IMG/VR virus record: IMGVR_UViG_3300044653_000068
Coordinates: 51,257-115,256 of that record
Strand: one strand, 5' to 3'
Length of the DNA stretch: 64,000 bases
Origin: a virus
This document shows, piece after piece, positions 19,037 to 30,261 of this stretch (position 1 is the first letter of the stretch; each line of letters begins with the position of its first letter). The translations under genes were made by a program, and so were the position numbers. A model generated the notes under the pieces. The model saw nothing but the letters and a program-made list of their open reading frames with translations. It was not told the DNA's origin and did no database searches.

Positions 19037-19966
19037 TCGGCATTATCGGCCTGATCATATGGGCAACCGTGTTCGTCTGCCTGTTGCTGTGGGCCCATTC
19101 GCCTTACACAGACGGTCGCTAGGTAGGCGGTGCGGGGCGTGATCTTTGCGCCCCGTTTCCGCGTGCATAGCGCACGGTTCACGTGAAAGGAAACACGCAA
19201 TGTACGGCGAGTCAATGGGAATTGCGGTCTGGATCGCATTCGGTCTGGCCTGCATGGTTCTGCTGAGTACCGTGCTAGTCCACTTTTGGGTTATCACGCT
19301 TATAGTGATCGGCGGGGTAACGGCCATTATCGGTGTCGCCCTCTGGATTACCAACCTCATCATAACGCTTCGCGCACTCAGAACCGCACGTCGAGAATAC
19401 CCCGGACAATTCTAGTGAACTGGATCATGACGAAAGTCGCATGGCTCATACTGTGGCCGGAGCGGAAGCACTGGGACGCGGAATACGAGGCGGCCGTAAT
19501 CGAAATCAACAGGGGGGCGTGCCTATGAACGCGGGGGAATGGCCGCTGGCCGTGCTGGTCGTGTTCGTCGCCGCATTCGTATGGGCATGCAATAAGGCAG
19601 CCCAAAACTAGCGAAAAGAGGAAACTTAGCAATGAGATTCTATGTGAGCTATACCAACCGCCGGGGGAAGACCTACGGGACGGGAACAAAGGACGGGTAC
19701 AGCGCGCACGTGCGCGGCTGGCACGCCGGAGTCAAGGTCACACCGCGCGCCAAGGCAGACGAAATGAAAGACGGGCCGACGTCATGAACGGTGTAGTTGT
19801 CTTCCGCAAGGCGGACCGATACGACTTCGACGGGGGCGTTTACGAGAACGGGAAGGTTATAGCCATCATCCCGCTATCGGACACGGAGAAGATCCACAAG
19901 TGCGGAATTCAGTTCCCGGACGCCCCGGCCGAAGTGCTCAACTTCCAGTAACGAAAGCAGGCAAGC

Positions 19967-20464
19967 ATGAGAACAAATGACAGCAGGTACCTACAGCCGG
20001 CCATGGACGTGATAGCCCGCGCCGATCCAGGGCTGTTCAAGGCGATGCAGGCGGACGACTGGCCGGTCATAGTCATTGACGAGCCGGACGACCTGCTGCC
20101 CCTGATTCCCCGCGTCGGATTCGGGCAGGTACTGGCCATGGCGGAGGGCCTGAAGCGCGCTAACGGCCTGACCGGGCTGCACACGCCGGACCTGCCCGCG
20201 CTCCTGCGCGGCACGACCCTGATAAACAGGGGCAACCTCCGGCCCGACGCGAAAGCGTCCGGGTACGACGAAACCCGGTACCTCGCGTACACGCTGGCAC
20301 ACGAGTACGACCACCACGTGCACGACTCCGACGAACCGGAGGCCTACGCCGCCGGCAAGACGTTCGCCCTGAAGATGGGAGACCAGGACATCGCCCGTGG
20401 GTCCGATGAGACCGAGGCGCGCGTCATGCGGAATAAGGCCGCCGGCGGCGACGGTTCTTACTGA
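19967..20464 (+). CDS. putative HExxH metallopeptidase-like protein
   Basis: TLAHEYDH followed by a downstream E..AY. Confidence 0.55.
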   Translation: MRTNDSRYLQPAMDVIARADPGLFKAMQADDWPVIVIDEPDDLLPLIPRVGFGQVLAMAEGLKRANGLTGLHTPDLPALLRGTTLINRGNLRPDAKASGYDETRYLAYTLAHEYDHHVHDSDEPEAYAAGKTFALKMGDQDIARGSDETEARVMRNKAAGGDGSY

Positions 20465-20495
20465 CATCACACACCGTTACGAGAGGTAACAAGCA

Positions 20496-20753
20496 ATGAA
20501 GAACCACGCAAAAGCACTTGGCCTAACGCTGACAGCCCTGGTCGTGATCATGGCCGCCGCGCTATTCGGCATCCTGTCAGCCCGTGCGCAAACTAAGCCC
20601 GTCAACCCATTGTGCACGGCCACGGCAGAGACAGCGCTGAACAACTACTGGCAGACTCAGGTCGCCAACGCAACGCCGGCCACGATGACCCGCGTTCTAA
20701 GCGCGGCGATCACCGCGACGTCGGCGCGCGTCAAGCTGTGTGAAGGGAAGTAA
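20496..20753 (+). CDS. hypothetical secreted protein
   Basis: Signal-peptide-like N-terminus. Confidence 0.55.
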   Translation: MKNHAKALGLTLTALVVIMAAALFGILSARAQTKPVNPLCTATAETALNNYWQTQVANATPATMTRVLSAAITATSARVKLCEGK

Positions 20754-21178
20754 CAGAACAGACATGGGAATAAACGACGACAGCGCGACTGTCATCACTG
20801 GTGAGGAACACGTGCGCATGGCGAGCATCCTCGCACTGCGCGGCGCGCTCAAGCTGGAGGTAAGGGGCTTCACGCGCCGGGGCAGGAGCGCGCGGACCAT
20901 CGCGCAGGAATTGCTGGGGCTACCGGGCCGGCCAACCGCGCGGACCGTCTACGTGAAGCTGAACAAGTACGTCACAGACCGGCTAGGGCCGGACTTCGAC
21001 AAGCCTTTGGAGGGCTGATGTACCTGCGACTGGACAAAGACAACCCGCTGACCGACAGCGACGCCGACAATGAGGGCGAGCTGCACCTGCAAGCGGACGA
21101 CGTGATAACGATCATCGCCCCGGACGGCGGCGAGCTGGTCGTCTACGTGAACGACGACGGAAACCTGGTGGCGGACTA

Positions 21179-21394
21179 ATGAGCGCAGTAGACACGGCGA
21201 CCGAGGGCGCGAACTACTTCATCAAGCGCTTCCGCTTCCAGGGCGAGACCACGGTCGTGCAGACCGGGCTGACCCTGGAGGAAGCGCGGGAGCACTGCAA
21301 CCGCGAGGACACGCACGGTGACGGCTGGTTCGACGGCTACTCGGCGATCCCGGACGACGACCCAAGCTACTACAGGCAGGAAACGGCACCATGA
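21179..21394 (+). CDS. conserved phage hypothetical protein
   Basis: TGLTLEEAREHC...WFDGY motif. Confidence 0.7.
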   Translation: MSAVDTATEGANYFIKRFRFQGETTVVQTGLTLEEAREHCNREDTHGDGWFDGYSAIPDDDPSYYRQETAP

Positions 21395-21648
21395 CCGGCC
21401 AGATCCCGCCGTACGCGCGAACATACGGTTTCGCCAAGGTCCGGGAGGACTACGCCCCCGGCTGGAACCACGCGCGCTATCAGCTCAAGGCGGACCCTTC
21501 CTATCGCATCAAGGCGGAATCCGGTTCCAAGCGCTGGCACGTTTACCACGGGGCAGCGGAATGGCCGACCGTCTACCCATCACTTACCGAGGCGATGAAA
21601 GCAGTAATCCGCTGGCTGGAATTCAGAGATAAAGAGGCAGCACGATGA
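21391..21648 (+). CDS. hypothetical protein
   Basis: ATGA-coupled to both neighbours. Confidence 0.6.
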   Translation: MTGQIPPYARTYGFAKVREDYAPGWNHARYQLKADPSYRIKAESGSKRWHVYHGAAEWPTVYPSLTEAMKAVIRWLEFRDKEAAR

Positions 21649-21938
21649 CACCCGAATCATACGAAAACGTCCTGGCCATCATCCGCGCAACCCCGGGCAC
21701 CCCGCCGGGGAACGTGGCAACGTGCGGAACATGCGGCTTCCGCTGGGACGACACGCTAAGCACATCGCTCACCCCCACGCCGAGCGCGCGGTGCCCTAAC
21801 GAGTACAACCACGAGGAAGACGAGGAAGGCGAGGAAGACGAGGAAGGCGATCACACGGTGACCATAACCGGGCCCAATGGCGAGTGGCATTGGGCCGGCT
21901 ACGCGGACAACCATGGAAGCCCACGGAAATTCGCCTGA
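21645..21938 (+). CDS. hypothetical Zn-binding/acidic protein
   Basis: TCGTCG..WDD..TPTPSARCP plus an acidic repeat. Confidence 0.6.
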   Translation: MTPESYENVLAIIRATPGTPPGNVATCGTCGFRWDDTLSTSLTPTPSARCPNEYNHEEDEEGEEDEEGDHTVTITGPNGEWHWAGYADNHGSPRKFA

Positions 21939-21962
21939 ACTAAAAAGGGAAAAGAGCAAAGC

Positions 21963-23024
21963 ATGACAAACACATTCGCGATTACCGAGCGGTTCGCAGA
22001 AGAGGCGGGCAAGGAAAACCCAAAGTTCCTGCACAACAAGAGCGCGAACGTGTTCGAGGGCAGGGAGCGGGGCCGCCCGGCGATCTACAGCTACGGCTAT
22101 CACTTCCCGATGGCGGTGCTCATGCCGGACGACGACGGGAACCCGCGCGGCTGGTGGCTGGTCAACGGCGACAAGTACAGCATCAGCACGACCCGGCATC
22201 AGAACGGCGTGCGGAGCGCGCTCCAGCGGACCGGCCTGCCCATGGTCATCATCCCGTTCTCAGCGATCAGGGAAGCGGGCATCGACCAAGAATCCATCAA
22301 GCGGATCGAGGTACTGCCCGACCGCTACACGTGGGAGCCACGCACCCGCGATGAGGCGCCCAAGGACTGGGAACTGCGCGGGAATCACGGGCAGGATCGC
22401 GACTGGAGCGAGCTGCCCGATGGCCGGTGGGCTTACATGGCTAGCGTTCACCACCTGGGCGAGTCGCTGATCACAGCGAAGTACGACTACCGGTTGGTCC
22501 CATTCGACCGGGAGACGGGGCGCTACCCGCACGAGAGCGGAACGGCCTACTTCCTGTCGGCGTTCGACGAGAACGAGGGCGGGGTGGGCGGCCTGTACTT
22601 CCTGTGCCAGCTTCCCGAGAGCGCGACACCGACCACGGTCGCGGAGGCGCGCGAGGCGCTGAAGCCGAGCGCGGTCCTGCACGCGGACAAGTACGGAACA
22701 CGTGGAAACCTGCCCGTGCTGAGGCAGGGCGACGTGTTCGCGGTGCCGACCGAATTCGACACGCGCGATCTCCCGGGTCCGAGCCAGCGGAGCACGTACG
22801 TGCTGGGCGTCAACCACGTGGCGACCGAGGTGCGGACAGCGGAGAACATCGGCGGGCGGGTGGACACCTACGGGCGCGGGTACCTGCGCCACAAGCCGCG
22901 CGAGCGCTGGCGTCGGCCGCAGCACCGGCAGGTGAAGCTGGGCGACGGGAAGACCTGGTACCTGCTGGTCAAGAACACAGTGCCCGAGGGCCGGTCATGG
23001 TCTATGGGCGGGAACGTGGACTAG
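21963..23024 (+). CDS. hypothetical protein with C-terminal RQGDV motif
   Basis: 353 aa ORF with coding-like codon usage. Confidence 0.75.
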   Translation: MTNTFAITERFAEEAGKENPKFLHNKSANVFEGRERGRPAIYSYGYHFPMAVLMPDDDGNPRGWWLVNGDKYSISTTRHQNGVRSALQRTGLPMVIIPFSAIREAGIDQESIKRIEVLPDRYTWEPRTRDEAPKDWELRGNHGQDRDWSELPDGRWAYMASVHHLGESLITAKYDYRLVPFDRETGRYPHESGTAYFLSAFDENEGGVGGLYFLCQLPESATPTTVAEAREALKPSAVLHADKYGTRGNLPVLRQGDVFAVPTEFDTRDLPGPSQRSTYVLGVNHVATEVRTAENIGGRVDTYGRGYLRHKPRERWRRPQHRQVKLGDGKTWYLLVKNTVPEGRSWSMGGNVD

Positions 23025-23031
23025 GAGGAAC

Positions 23032-23283
23032 ATGGAAGCCATGATCGCGACACCCGAAGTGACCGCCCCGGCCGTGCTCAAGATAGACGACCCGAGCGGG
23101 ATGGAAACGTGCGACCGGTGCCCGCAGAACGCGCTGTGGCGCGTCGTGTACGAGGCGGGCGAGCTGACCCTGTGCGGGCACCACGCACGGGCGTACGGCT
23201 TCGCGGGGGAGGATTCGCACTCCGCCTACCAGCAGGCCGCCCCGGCGACCGAGACCAGGAACGAGAAGAGGAAGGGCAAGTAA
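23032..23283 (+). CDS. small Zn-binding protein
   Basis: CDRC...GELTLCGHH; AGGAGG Shine-Dalgarno. Confidence 0.65.
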   Translation: MEAMIATPEVTAPAVLKIDDPSGMETCDRCPQNALWRVVYEAGELTLCGHHARAYGFAGEDSHSAYQQAAPATETRNEKRKGK

Positions 23284-23703
23284 ATGAGACTTCACACAAA
23301 GCTAGGCGGATACCAGCTCAGCCAGGCGCTACAGCGCGCCAAGGACAAGGGCCGGATCGGGGGCAGCGTCGTGTTCGCGGTTGACTCCGTGCACGGGTCG
23401 CGCACTCACCCGAGGGCGTTCGAGCTTCAGCTCGGAACATGGGACAACACCCTGCCGGCGGGCACGGTGGACCAGCGCGGGCACAAGCTGCGCTACCGCC
23501 GGACCCGGAACATCAACCGCGACGACGCCAACCGCTACGCGGCCACCTGGCACGAATGGGGCTGGCTCATCGCCGAGATCTTCGACGCGGACCCGAGCGC
23601 CCGGTTCGGCGGCGAGAAGGGCTGGGGCTACAAAAACCGGGCCGACTTCGACGAGAAGACGAACTGGCAGTTCGACACGGACCTAGGGGAGGAAACCGCA
23701 TGA
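23284..23703 (+). CDS. hypothetical protein
   Basis: AATWHEWGWLIAEIFDADP. Confidence 0.7.
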   Translation: MRLHTKLGGYQLSQALQRAKDKGRIGGSVVFAVDSVHGSRTHPRAFELQLGTWDNTLPAGTVDQRGHKLRYRRTRNINRDDANRYAATWHEWGWLIAEIFDADPSARFGGEKGWGYKNRADFDEKTNWQFDTDLGEETA

Positions 23704-24100
23704 GGCCCGAGCTGCTAACCCCGCGAAAGGTCACCACGAAGATCATGCACGACATGCTCACCGTGATAGGCGAGGACGTGAGCACGGAGCGCATCGAGCG
23801 CTGGGCACCGCTGGAGGCGGCCGTCGTCTACGACTGGGCCTGCCGCGAGTACCTACGCGCATCCGACAACTCAGTTCGCGCCCGCCCGCGCCCGTTTCTG
23901 ATGCGGGTGCCCAACAATGCCTAAGCCGGTCAAGACGCCGACTCAGCAGGTGCTCAAGGTGCGAGGCGACGAACGGGGGGCCATCCTCAACGGCCTGCCG
24001 TCAATCCCCTACCTGCCGAAGAATCCGGCCCGCCGAAAGCGGCTGCTGTGGGCGCTGGGCATCGCGCAATCAGAACTACTGACACGAGAGGATTAAAAAC

Positions 24101-24574
24101 ATGAGCAACGTAATCATGAACGAGTACGTATTCGACATCCTGAGCGTGGCGACATTCCACGTCACAGCTCCCGATTACCAGACAGCGCGGCGCGCGGCCG
24201 AGGGGGTCATGGAATTCAACGTCCGCGATAACACCGTGGACGAAAGCGCGGGCATCGCGGACATCATCCCAGTCGCGAGCTGGGAGCTTACCTGCGTCGC
24301 CCCGCGCGGAAGGGCGAGCCTGGCCGACGCCGACAACACGGGCGAGAACATCAGCCCGGACGAGTACCAGACCTTCGCCGAGCCGATTGACGGCAGCGAG
24401 CGAGAAGGGCTGATGGAAGCGCTGAACGAGGCGGACGAGGCGCTGGGCGGCGATTCCAACGACGCCGAGCACGACGCCCTGTACAGCGTGCGGGAAACCA
24501 TAGCCGCCATCTTGGGCGTGGAATACGACGCGCCGTCGCCAGACGACGAGGACGACGAGGACGACGAGGATTAG
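24101..24574 (+). CDS. acidic hypothetical protein
   Basis: GAGAGGA Shine-Dalgarno; acidic C-terminus. Confidence 0.7.
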   Translation: MSNVIMNEYVFDILSVATFHVTAPDYQTARRAAEGVMEFNVRDNTVDESAGIADIIPVASWELTCVAPRGRASLADADNTGENISPDEYQTFAEPIDGSEREGLMEALNEADEALGGDSNDAEHDALYSVRETIAAILGVEYDAPSPDDEDDEDDED

Positions 24575-24606
24575 GAGGACGACGAGGATCAGGAGGAAAA
24601 CCAGAT

Positions 24607-24981
24607 ATGAGCGACGCAGACAAGATGCTGACCCGCATCCATCAGCTGATATCCACGCAATTCGATTCAGGGCTGGCTATCGAAATCCAGCGACTGGACG
24701 ATCACCTGCGCGCGGGCGGCGAATTGCCTGCGGAATGGGGAACACGGTCCGGTGAGGGCGAGACCGAGGGCTGCACCTGCTGCCAGACGCGCGCCGCGTC
24801 ATCGGTCACCGGCTACGAGTGCCCCCGCTGCGGTCACCTGCCGAAGTCCCACGGGGGAGCGGTCGATGAGCTGAAGCTGACCCTGCGCGAGGTAGCTCAA
24901 ACTGAAGCGGCGCTTGACGGCGAGCCAGCCGTCATCCCGTCACTCGCGGAACTACTGCGAGGCAACCCATGGGAGAGGTAA
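24607..24981 (+). CDS. hypothetical protein
   Basis: AGGAGG Shine-Dalgarno; CPRCGH. Confidence 0.6.
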   Translation: MSDADKMLTRIHQLISTQFDSGLAIEIQRLDDHLRAGGELPAEWGTRSGEGETEGCTCCQTRAASSVTGYECPRCGHLPKSHGGAVDELKLTLREVAQTEAALDGEPAVIPSLAELLRGNPWER

Positions 24982-25257
24982 TCGAATGACGCAGCACCTG
25001 GAAGCGACGGCCGAGACCGTCGTCACCATCAAGCTCAGCAAGGAGCACGCCGTCAAGCTAGCGCACAGCCTGGGGCGGGCGCTGGAGGCCACGAGTCATC
25101 TGGACCCGTCCAGCCGCTACACGGCACTGGTCAACACCGGCACGATCGATGACCTGCTGTCGCTGAAGACCGCTCTGTTCACGGTAACGGAATAACCCCC
25201 GGCCGTGTAGCGCTGTAACCAGCGGAGGCAACTGACGATCCGAAGAGAGGATCACGA

Positions 25258-26439
25258 ATGACCTATACCATTCCGGGCGACTACGTGCCGAATAAGGTAC
25301 GGGCGCTCATCGACCAGCTGGCGTACGCGAAGGACGAGTACAAGGACGTCCTGACCATGGCGCTGCTCGTGTCCTACATCCGGGAGGCGTTCACCGCGCT
25401 GCCCGAGATCCTGGCGACGTCCGAGGTGCCGGAGAGCGGCAAGACCACGCTGGTCTGCAACATCCCGCTGCTGCTGGCGTTCAACCCGTGGAAGATCAAC
25501 AGGCTGACCACCATCGACGCGATGCGGGCGAAGTACCTGGAGCGGGTGAAGCCCAACCCGATCTTCGATGACGTGGGGAAGATCTTCAACGACAACGGCA
25601 CCGGGGGCAAAACCACCTGGGCGTACTCCCTGCTCACCGACTGCTACACCGAGGAAGGCGTGATCGAGGTCTCGCGCAGCGGGATCAACCAGCGCCTTTC
25701 CAGCTACGGCATGGCTTTCATGAGCGGGCTGAAGAACGCGGTCCCGTACGACCTGTGGACGCGCTGCATCGAGTTCGCGAACATGGAGCCGACCCCCGAG
25801 GGCATCGAGCTGCGCGACTTCGGCGACCCGGGGATCAAGGAGGACGCCAAGCTGCTGCGCGCGGCGATGGCATCATGGGCGGGATCGCGGGCGAAGAACA
25901 TGACCGCCTACATGAACGGGCCGGTCAAGCACGTGCACCCGGCGCTGATCAGCCGTAAGCGGCAGAAGTGGGGCCCGATCTTCGCGGCCGCGAGCGAGGC
26001 CGGGGGCGACTGGCCGCGCCGCATCTACGAGGCGTTCGTGTCCATCGAGCTGAAGGCGGCCGAGAAGCCGAGCCTGGTGGCCGAGCAGCGCCTGCTACTG
26101 GACGCGGCCGACATCATCATGCGGGACGGCGACGACAGGCTGTTCGCCACCGACCTGCTGGCGCGGCTGCGCGCACGGCCGGCCGGAAGCTACTACCGCA
26201 AGTCCGAGGACAAGATCCTGCTGAAGGACAAGTTCACGGAGGCGTTCGGCCCTCCCGAGATGATCACCATCCGGGGCGTCGGGCGGGGACTGGGCTACAA
26301 GGCCGCTCCCATCCTGGAGGCGGCGGCGGACCTGCGCGACGCGATCTACCCGCGCATGACGCCGGTCGAGGACACGCTTGAGGCGGAGTTCGCGATCACG
26401 CCCCTGCACCCGATCACGCCGATAAGGACGGCCGCGTGA
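25258..26439 (+). CDS. P-loop NTPase, DUF3631-like
   Basis: TSEVPESGKTT Walker A, IFDD, and WGPIFAAASEAGGDWP..., resembling DUF3631-associated proteins. Confidence 0.6.
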   Translation: MTYTIPGDYVPNKVRALIDQLAYAKDEYKDVLTMALLVSYIREAFTALPEILATSEVPESGKTTLVCNIPLLLAFNPWKINRLTTIDAMRAKYLERVKPNPIFDDVGKIFNDNGTGGKTTWAYSLLTDCYTEEGVIEVSRSGINQRLSSYGMAFMSGLKNAVPYDLWTRCIEFANMEPTPEGIELRDFGDPGIKEDAKLLRAAMASWAGSRAKNMTAYMNGPVKHVHPALISRKRQKWGPIFAAASEAGGDWPRRIYEAFVSIELKAAEKPSLVAEQRLLLDAADIIMRDGDDRLFATDLLARLRARPAGSYYRKSEDKILLKDKFTEAFGPPEMITIRGVGRGLGYKAAPILEAAADLRDAIYPRMTPVEDTLEAEFAITPLHPITPIRTAA

Positions 26440-26571
26440 ACAACTACGACGCCGACCTGGACGACCGGTACTACCCGGATCACGTGCGCCGGCACACCAC
26501 GTTCGAGGAAATGCTCAACTGCAACTGGTGCTGGCTAGAGGAAGCGAAAGCGCGAAAGGAGGCGCTAGACG

Positions 26572-27282
26572 GTGTTCTGGATTCTGAGGTCGGCAGTCCG
26601 GTCAGCGGGCCGGAGTAGGAACGAGCGGGCACCGCGACCGCCGCGCACTCCGGCCGGACCGGTGACCATGCTGGCGATCTTCGCGAGCGCGGTCTTCCTG
26701 GTCGTCATGCCGGTCACGACCGGCCGGCTCCCCGGCCCGCTGGTCATGGTCCTGATACCGCTTGCCCTGGGTCTTCTGCTGCTGGGGGGGATACTCGTGT
26801 CCGGCGCGGCCGAGGCCGACCGGGCGAAGCGGAAGCTACGAAACCTGCCCTCAGCGCCGACCGCCGCAGACGAGGCCCGCGCAACGGCCCTGATGCGCGC
26901 TCAGGCGGCCGGGTGGCAGTTCCGGGGGGACACGGCCACCCTGCCGCTCCCGAAGCCGCCCCAGGCCCGCCCGAGACCCGCGCAGACCCGCCCACGGGTG
27001 GCAACGCGAGCGCAGATCAAGCTGGATGCCGAGGAGGACGAACGGCTGCTGCGCATCGCGGCCATCATCGTCCAGTCGTGCCCGTTCTGCGGCGCCGAAG
27101 AGGGTGGGCTGTGCTACCCGATCGAGGGCTACAAGTGGTACGCGCTCGACCGTGCCCGGGGCATCTACGCACACCCGATGCGCATAGCCAAGGCGATCGG
27201 CAACAAGTCGGCCGAACTGGAGGACGTGCTCGCGCAGTTCGACGGAAACATGCCGGAAGAGATCATGGTGTCACTACTGTGA
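26572..27282 (+). CDS. membrane protein with C-terminal Zn finger
   Basis: Two transmembrane segments; CPFCGAEEGGLC...HPMR; start codon uncertain. Confidence 0.55.
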   Translation: MFWILRSAVRSAGRSRNERAPRPPRTPAGPVTMLAIFASAVFLVVMPVTTGRLPGPLVMVLIPLALGLLLLGGILVSGAAEADRAKRKLRNLPSAPTAADEARATALMRAQAAGWQFRGDTATLPLPKPPQARPRPAQTRPRVATRAQIKLDAEEDERLLRIAAIIVQSCPFCGAEEGGLCYPIEGYKWYALDRARGIYAHPMRIAKAIGNKSAELEDVLAQFDGNMPEEIMVSLL

Positions 27283-27302
27283 GCACCGAACAGGAGGACT
27301 AA

Positions 27303-27596
27303 ATGGGACGCAAAGAACGCGAGCGGCTCTATCACTACATGCGAGGGGTAGCGGGCAGCGACGAAACAACAGGAGGAAGCATGAAAGGAATCCAGATAGC
27401 CGTCAGCAACGCCATAGGGCAGGGCATGACGCCCGCCGAAATTCAGGAGGCCGTGGATTCCGTGCTGGAACTGCACGCGCCGCCCGAGCCGCCGTTCAAC
27501 GAGAACCACTACCGGTATCACACGCCCAACGGGCCGAACCCAGCATGCCCGAACTGCCGGTGGCATAACTGGCAGCAGACAGAAGAGGGAGCATGA
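27303..27596 (+). CDS. hypothetical protein
   Basis: AGGAGG Shine-Dalgarno. Confidence 0.5.
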   Translation: MGRKERERLYHYMRGVAGSDETTGGSMKGIQIAVSNAIGQGMTPAEIQEAVDSVLELHAPPEPPFNENHYRYHTPNGPNPACPNCRWHNWQQTEEGA

Positions 27597-28670
27597 CATG
27601 ACAACAACTATTCGCGTGGGATACGTAGCGTACGCGGTGACCTACCACGAGCTGACCGACGCCGAGGTACCGGAGATCGTCACGGCGATCCAGGCCGAGG
27701 CCTACGAGTCCCTGGAAGTCATCCGGGACGTCAAGAGCGTGGAGAAGCCATGACCCTCCCCAACACGGCCGAGGGCAATCGCGCGTACATGCGCGGGAAT
27801 ATCCGGGCCGCCGGCCTGGCTCTAGAAGTAGAGGCGGAGGCGCTGCTGGTCATCGCGTTCCGCGAGCAACTAGAGGCTTCCCCCGAACAGGAGCAGTGAG
27901 ATGCAGGGAGCAAGGGCATTCATCCTGAAGATCGACAAGACCCGGGACCTGAACATAGCCGAGCTGGCCAAGGCCCTGTCCCGGACCGCCGGGCAGCTGG
28001 ACTCCGGGCGGCTGCGCGTGGACGGCGGCATCGTGCGCGGCTCGGCCGGCCAGGCGATCGGCTCCTATCACTGGGAGGACCCGCCGAAGACGGACGAGTA
28101 GCATTTCGGTCAACTACCCGGAGGGAGGGCGCATGGTAATCCCAGGGCGCGGCGCACCGCTCCACGCAGCGGGCGCGCCGCCGACGTCGGGGACGGTCAC
28201 CGCGATTCTCGCCGTCGTGATCATCCTCATGGCGCTGACCCCGGTCTGCGTCTACATATGGAAGTCGCGCGGCTGCCCGAGACCCCGGCTGCCCGACCGG
28301 ACGCGCCACCGCTACCGGCGGGACATGAGGAACGTCAGTCGGCGCGGCCGGGCGGCGTGCGCCTGCTGCGGCGGGGTGAACACCCGGCTGCGCAGGGACC
28401 GCGCGCAGTGGGTCTGCAAGAACAGGGACCTGTGCAGGAAGTCCATGGTCTACATGAACATGCTGGAATCTCTTTGACGGCCCGGAAGACGGACAGGTAC
28501 GTGAGGCGCGGCGGACCCGTGCCCCGGATCTACCCCGGCACCCTCGCGGGCGTCAGCCAGGCGGTCAGCGACGCCCGGGAGGAGAGCCGGTTCAGCCCCG
28601 GCGTGGTCATCACCGTCTGGGCGGTCAGGGGCAAGGGCCGCGAGCGCATCCGCGCCTTCGTGGCGGGCCG

Positions 28671-28696
28671 GGAACAAGAAGCCAGCTAACCGTGTT
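28671..28696 (+). promoter_or_regulatory. SigR/SigH-type promoter
   Basis: GGAAC-N18-GTT upstream of the gene pair ending in Ku. Confidence 0.6.
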
Positions 28697-29036
28697 GGCA
28701 CTACACAGCAAACAGAAACGAGGAAGCATCGTGGGTTACTACATTGAGACGCCGGCGCTCACCGGCAAGGCCGACTACATCGCCCGCGCGTACAGCGGCG
28801 AGATCATCGATCGCGCGCCCGCGTCCTACGCGGACATCCCGGCGGGCAAGGCGCTCGTCGTCGTGGTCGTAAACACGCTGTTCGAGGCGGCGGGCGTGGT
28901 CTACAGCGAGCGCGAGTTCGACGCGTTCACTGACCAGGCGCATGACTTCCGACCGCGCACGTACGTGCTGATGGACCGCGCGCTGGCATTCCAGGTAGGC
29001 GGGCGTCCCGGATCACCTGCTCTAAACACGCTCTAA
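28692..29036 (+). CDS. hypothetical protein (likely start GTG 28731)
   Basis: GYYIETP...VVVVNTLFEAAGVVYSEREF. Confidence 0.6.
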   Translation: MLALHSKQKRGSIVGYYIETPALTGKADYIARAYSGEIIDRAPASYADIPAGKALVVVVVNTLFEAAGVVYSEREFDAFTDQAHDFRPRTYVLMDRALAFQVGGRPGSPALNTL

Positions 29037-29072
29037 ACACCAGGCAGCATCTACGAAAAGAGGCAAACCATA

Positions 29073-29894
29073 GTGAAATCGATTTGGAGCGGTAGCATCT
29101 CGCTCTCCCTGCTCAACATGCCCGTCAAGCTGGGCACGGCCACGCAGGACGCCGGCCTGGAACTGCACCAGGTCCGGAAGTCGGACGGCTCGCGCATCAA
29201 GTACCGGCGGGTGGCCGAGGCAGACGGCCCTGACGGCGCTGAGGTGCCCTACCACGAGGTGGTCAAGGGCTACACCGCGCCTGACGGCTCCCTGGTAACA
29301 CTCGACCAGCGCGATTTCAAGAGCGCCTACGGCGAGAAGAACCGGCAGGCCGAGCTGGTCATGTTCACCGATTCCGCGAACGTCCCGCCCATGGCGGTCA
29401 AGAGCGCCTACTGGGTGCAGCCAGACAAGGGCGGCGAGAAGACGTACGCCCTGCTGGCCGGGGCGCTTCAGCAGACGGGCAAGGTGGCGATCGTCAGGTA
29501 CGCCATGCGCGACCGCGAGGCCATGGCCGTGCTGCGCCCGCACGACGGCTACCTGTCACTGGAAACCCTGGAGTGGGACTCCGGCCTCGTCCGCCCGGAC
29601 TTCGCCGCGCCGGCCATGAGCGCCAGCCAGGACGAGCAGAATCTCGCGCTCAGGCTGATCGAGAGCATGGACGGGAAGTACGATCACGCCGCGCAGACGG
29701 ACAAGTCGTCCGAGGCCGTGATGACCATCATCCAGGGCAAGATCGAGCGCGGCGAGGTCAAGGCCCCCGCCCCGCGCCCCGATAACGCCGGCGCTCCCGC
29801 CGATCTCACGGCGACCCTCCTGGCCTCCGTGGCAGCGCAGAAGAAGGCCAAGGCACCCGCCAGGGCCGCGACCCAGCAGAGGAAGGCATCATGA
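29073..29894 (+). CDS. ku: Ku DNA end-binding protein
   Basis: SIWSGSISLSLLNMPVKL, HQVRKSDGSRIKYRRV, EVVKGY, YALLAGAL. Confidence 0.93.
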   Translation: MKSIWSGSISLSLLNMPVKLGTATQDAGLELHQVRKSDGSRIKYRRVAEADGPDGAEVPYHEVVKGYTAPDGSLVTLDQRDFKSAYGEKNRQAELVMFTDSANVPPMAVKSAYWVQPDKGGEKTYALLAGALQQTGKVAIVRYAMRDREAMAVLRPHDGYLSLETLEWDSGLVRPDFAAPAMSASQDEQNLALRLIESMDGKYDHAAQTDKSSEAVMTIIQGKIERGEVKAPAPRPDNAGAPADLTATLLASVAAQKKAKAPARAATQQRKAS

Positions 29895-30045
29895 GCAAGT
29901 TCACCGTCGAGTTCGTCAAGAGCCCGGCAGCCCTAGACCGCAGCAGCGACGAGGACACCGCCGCCGCGATGGCCAAGATCCTCAACAGGGAACTGGAGTT
30001 CTTCTGGGACTCCAAGGTCACTGTCACTCCCGAAAGGAAGGCATC

Positions 30046-30261
30046 ATGACCGCGAAGAAGCTCACCGTCAAGCTCGTCAGGGACAAGGAAACCCCGGGCA
30101 CCATCCGGTACACCGAAGTCCCGGACGAGGAGACCGGCAAATACGCGGACGGCATGTTCGACGGCCCGGCCGTTGTCACGCAGTACGTCAGGAAGCACGC
30201 CGCCAGGGCTCTCGGCGACCCGAAGATCATCACCATCACCATCGAGGCCGTGCCCGAATGA
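30046..30261 (+). CDS. hypothetical protein
   Basis: KETPGTIRYTE...YVRKHAA. Confidence 0.65.
   Translation: MTAKKLTVKLVRDKETPGTIRYTEVPDEETGKYADGMFDGPAVVTQYVRKHAARALGDPKIITITIEAVPE

Noticed and set aside
24543-24598. GACGACGAG repeats (also 21813-21850 and the 29020-29040 tandem)
   Set aside because: These are acidic-tail coding repeats or local slippage with no sign of independent function
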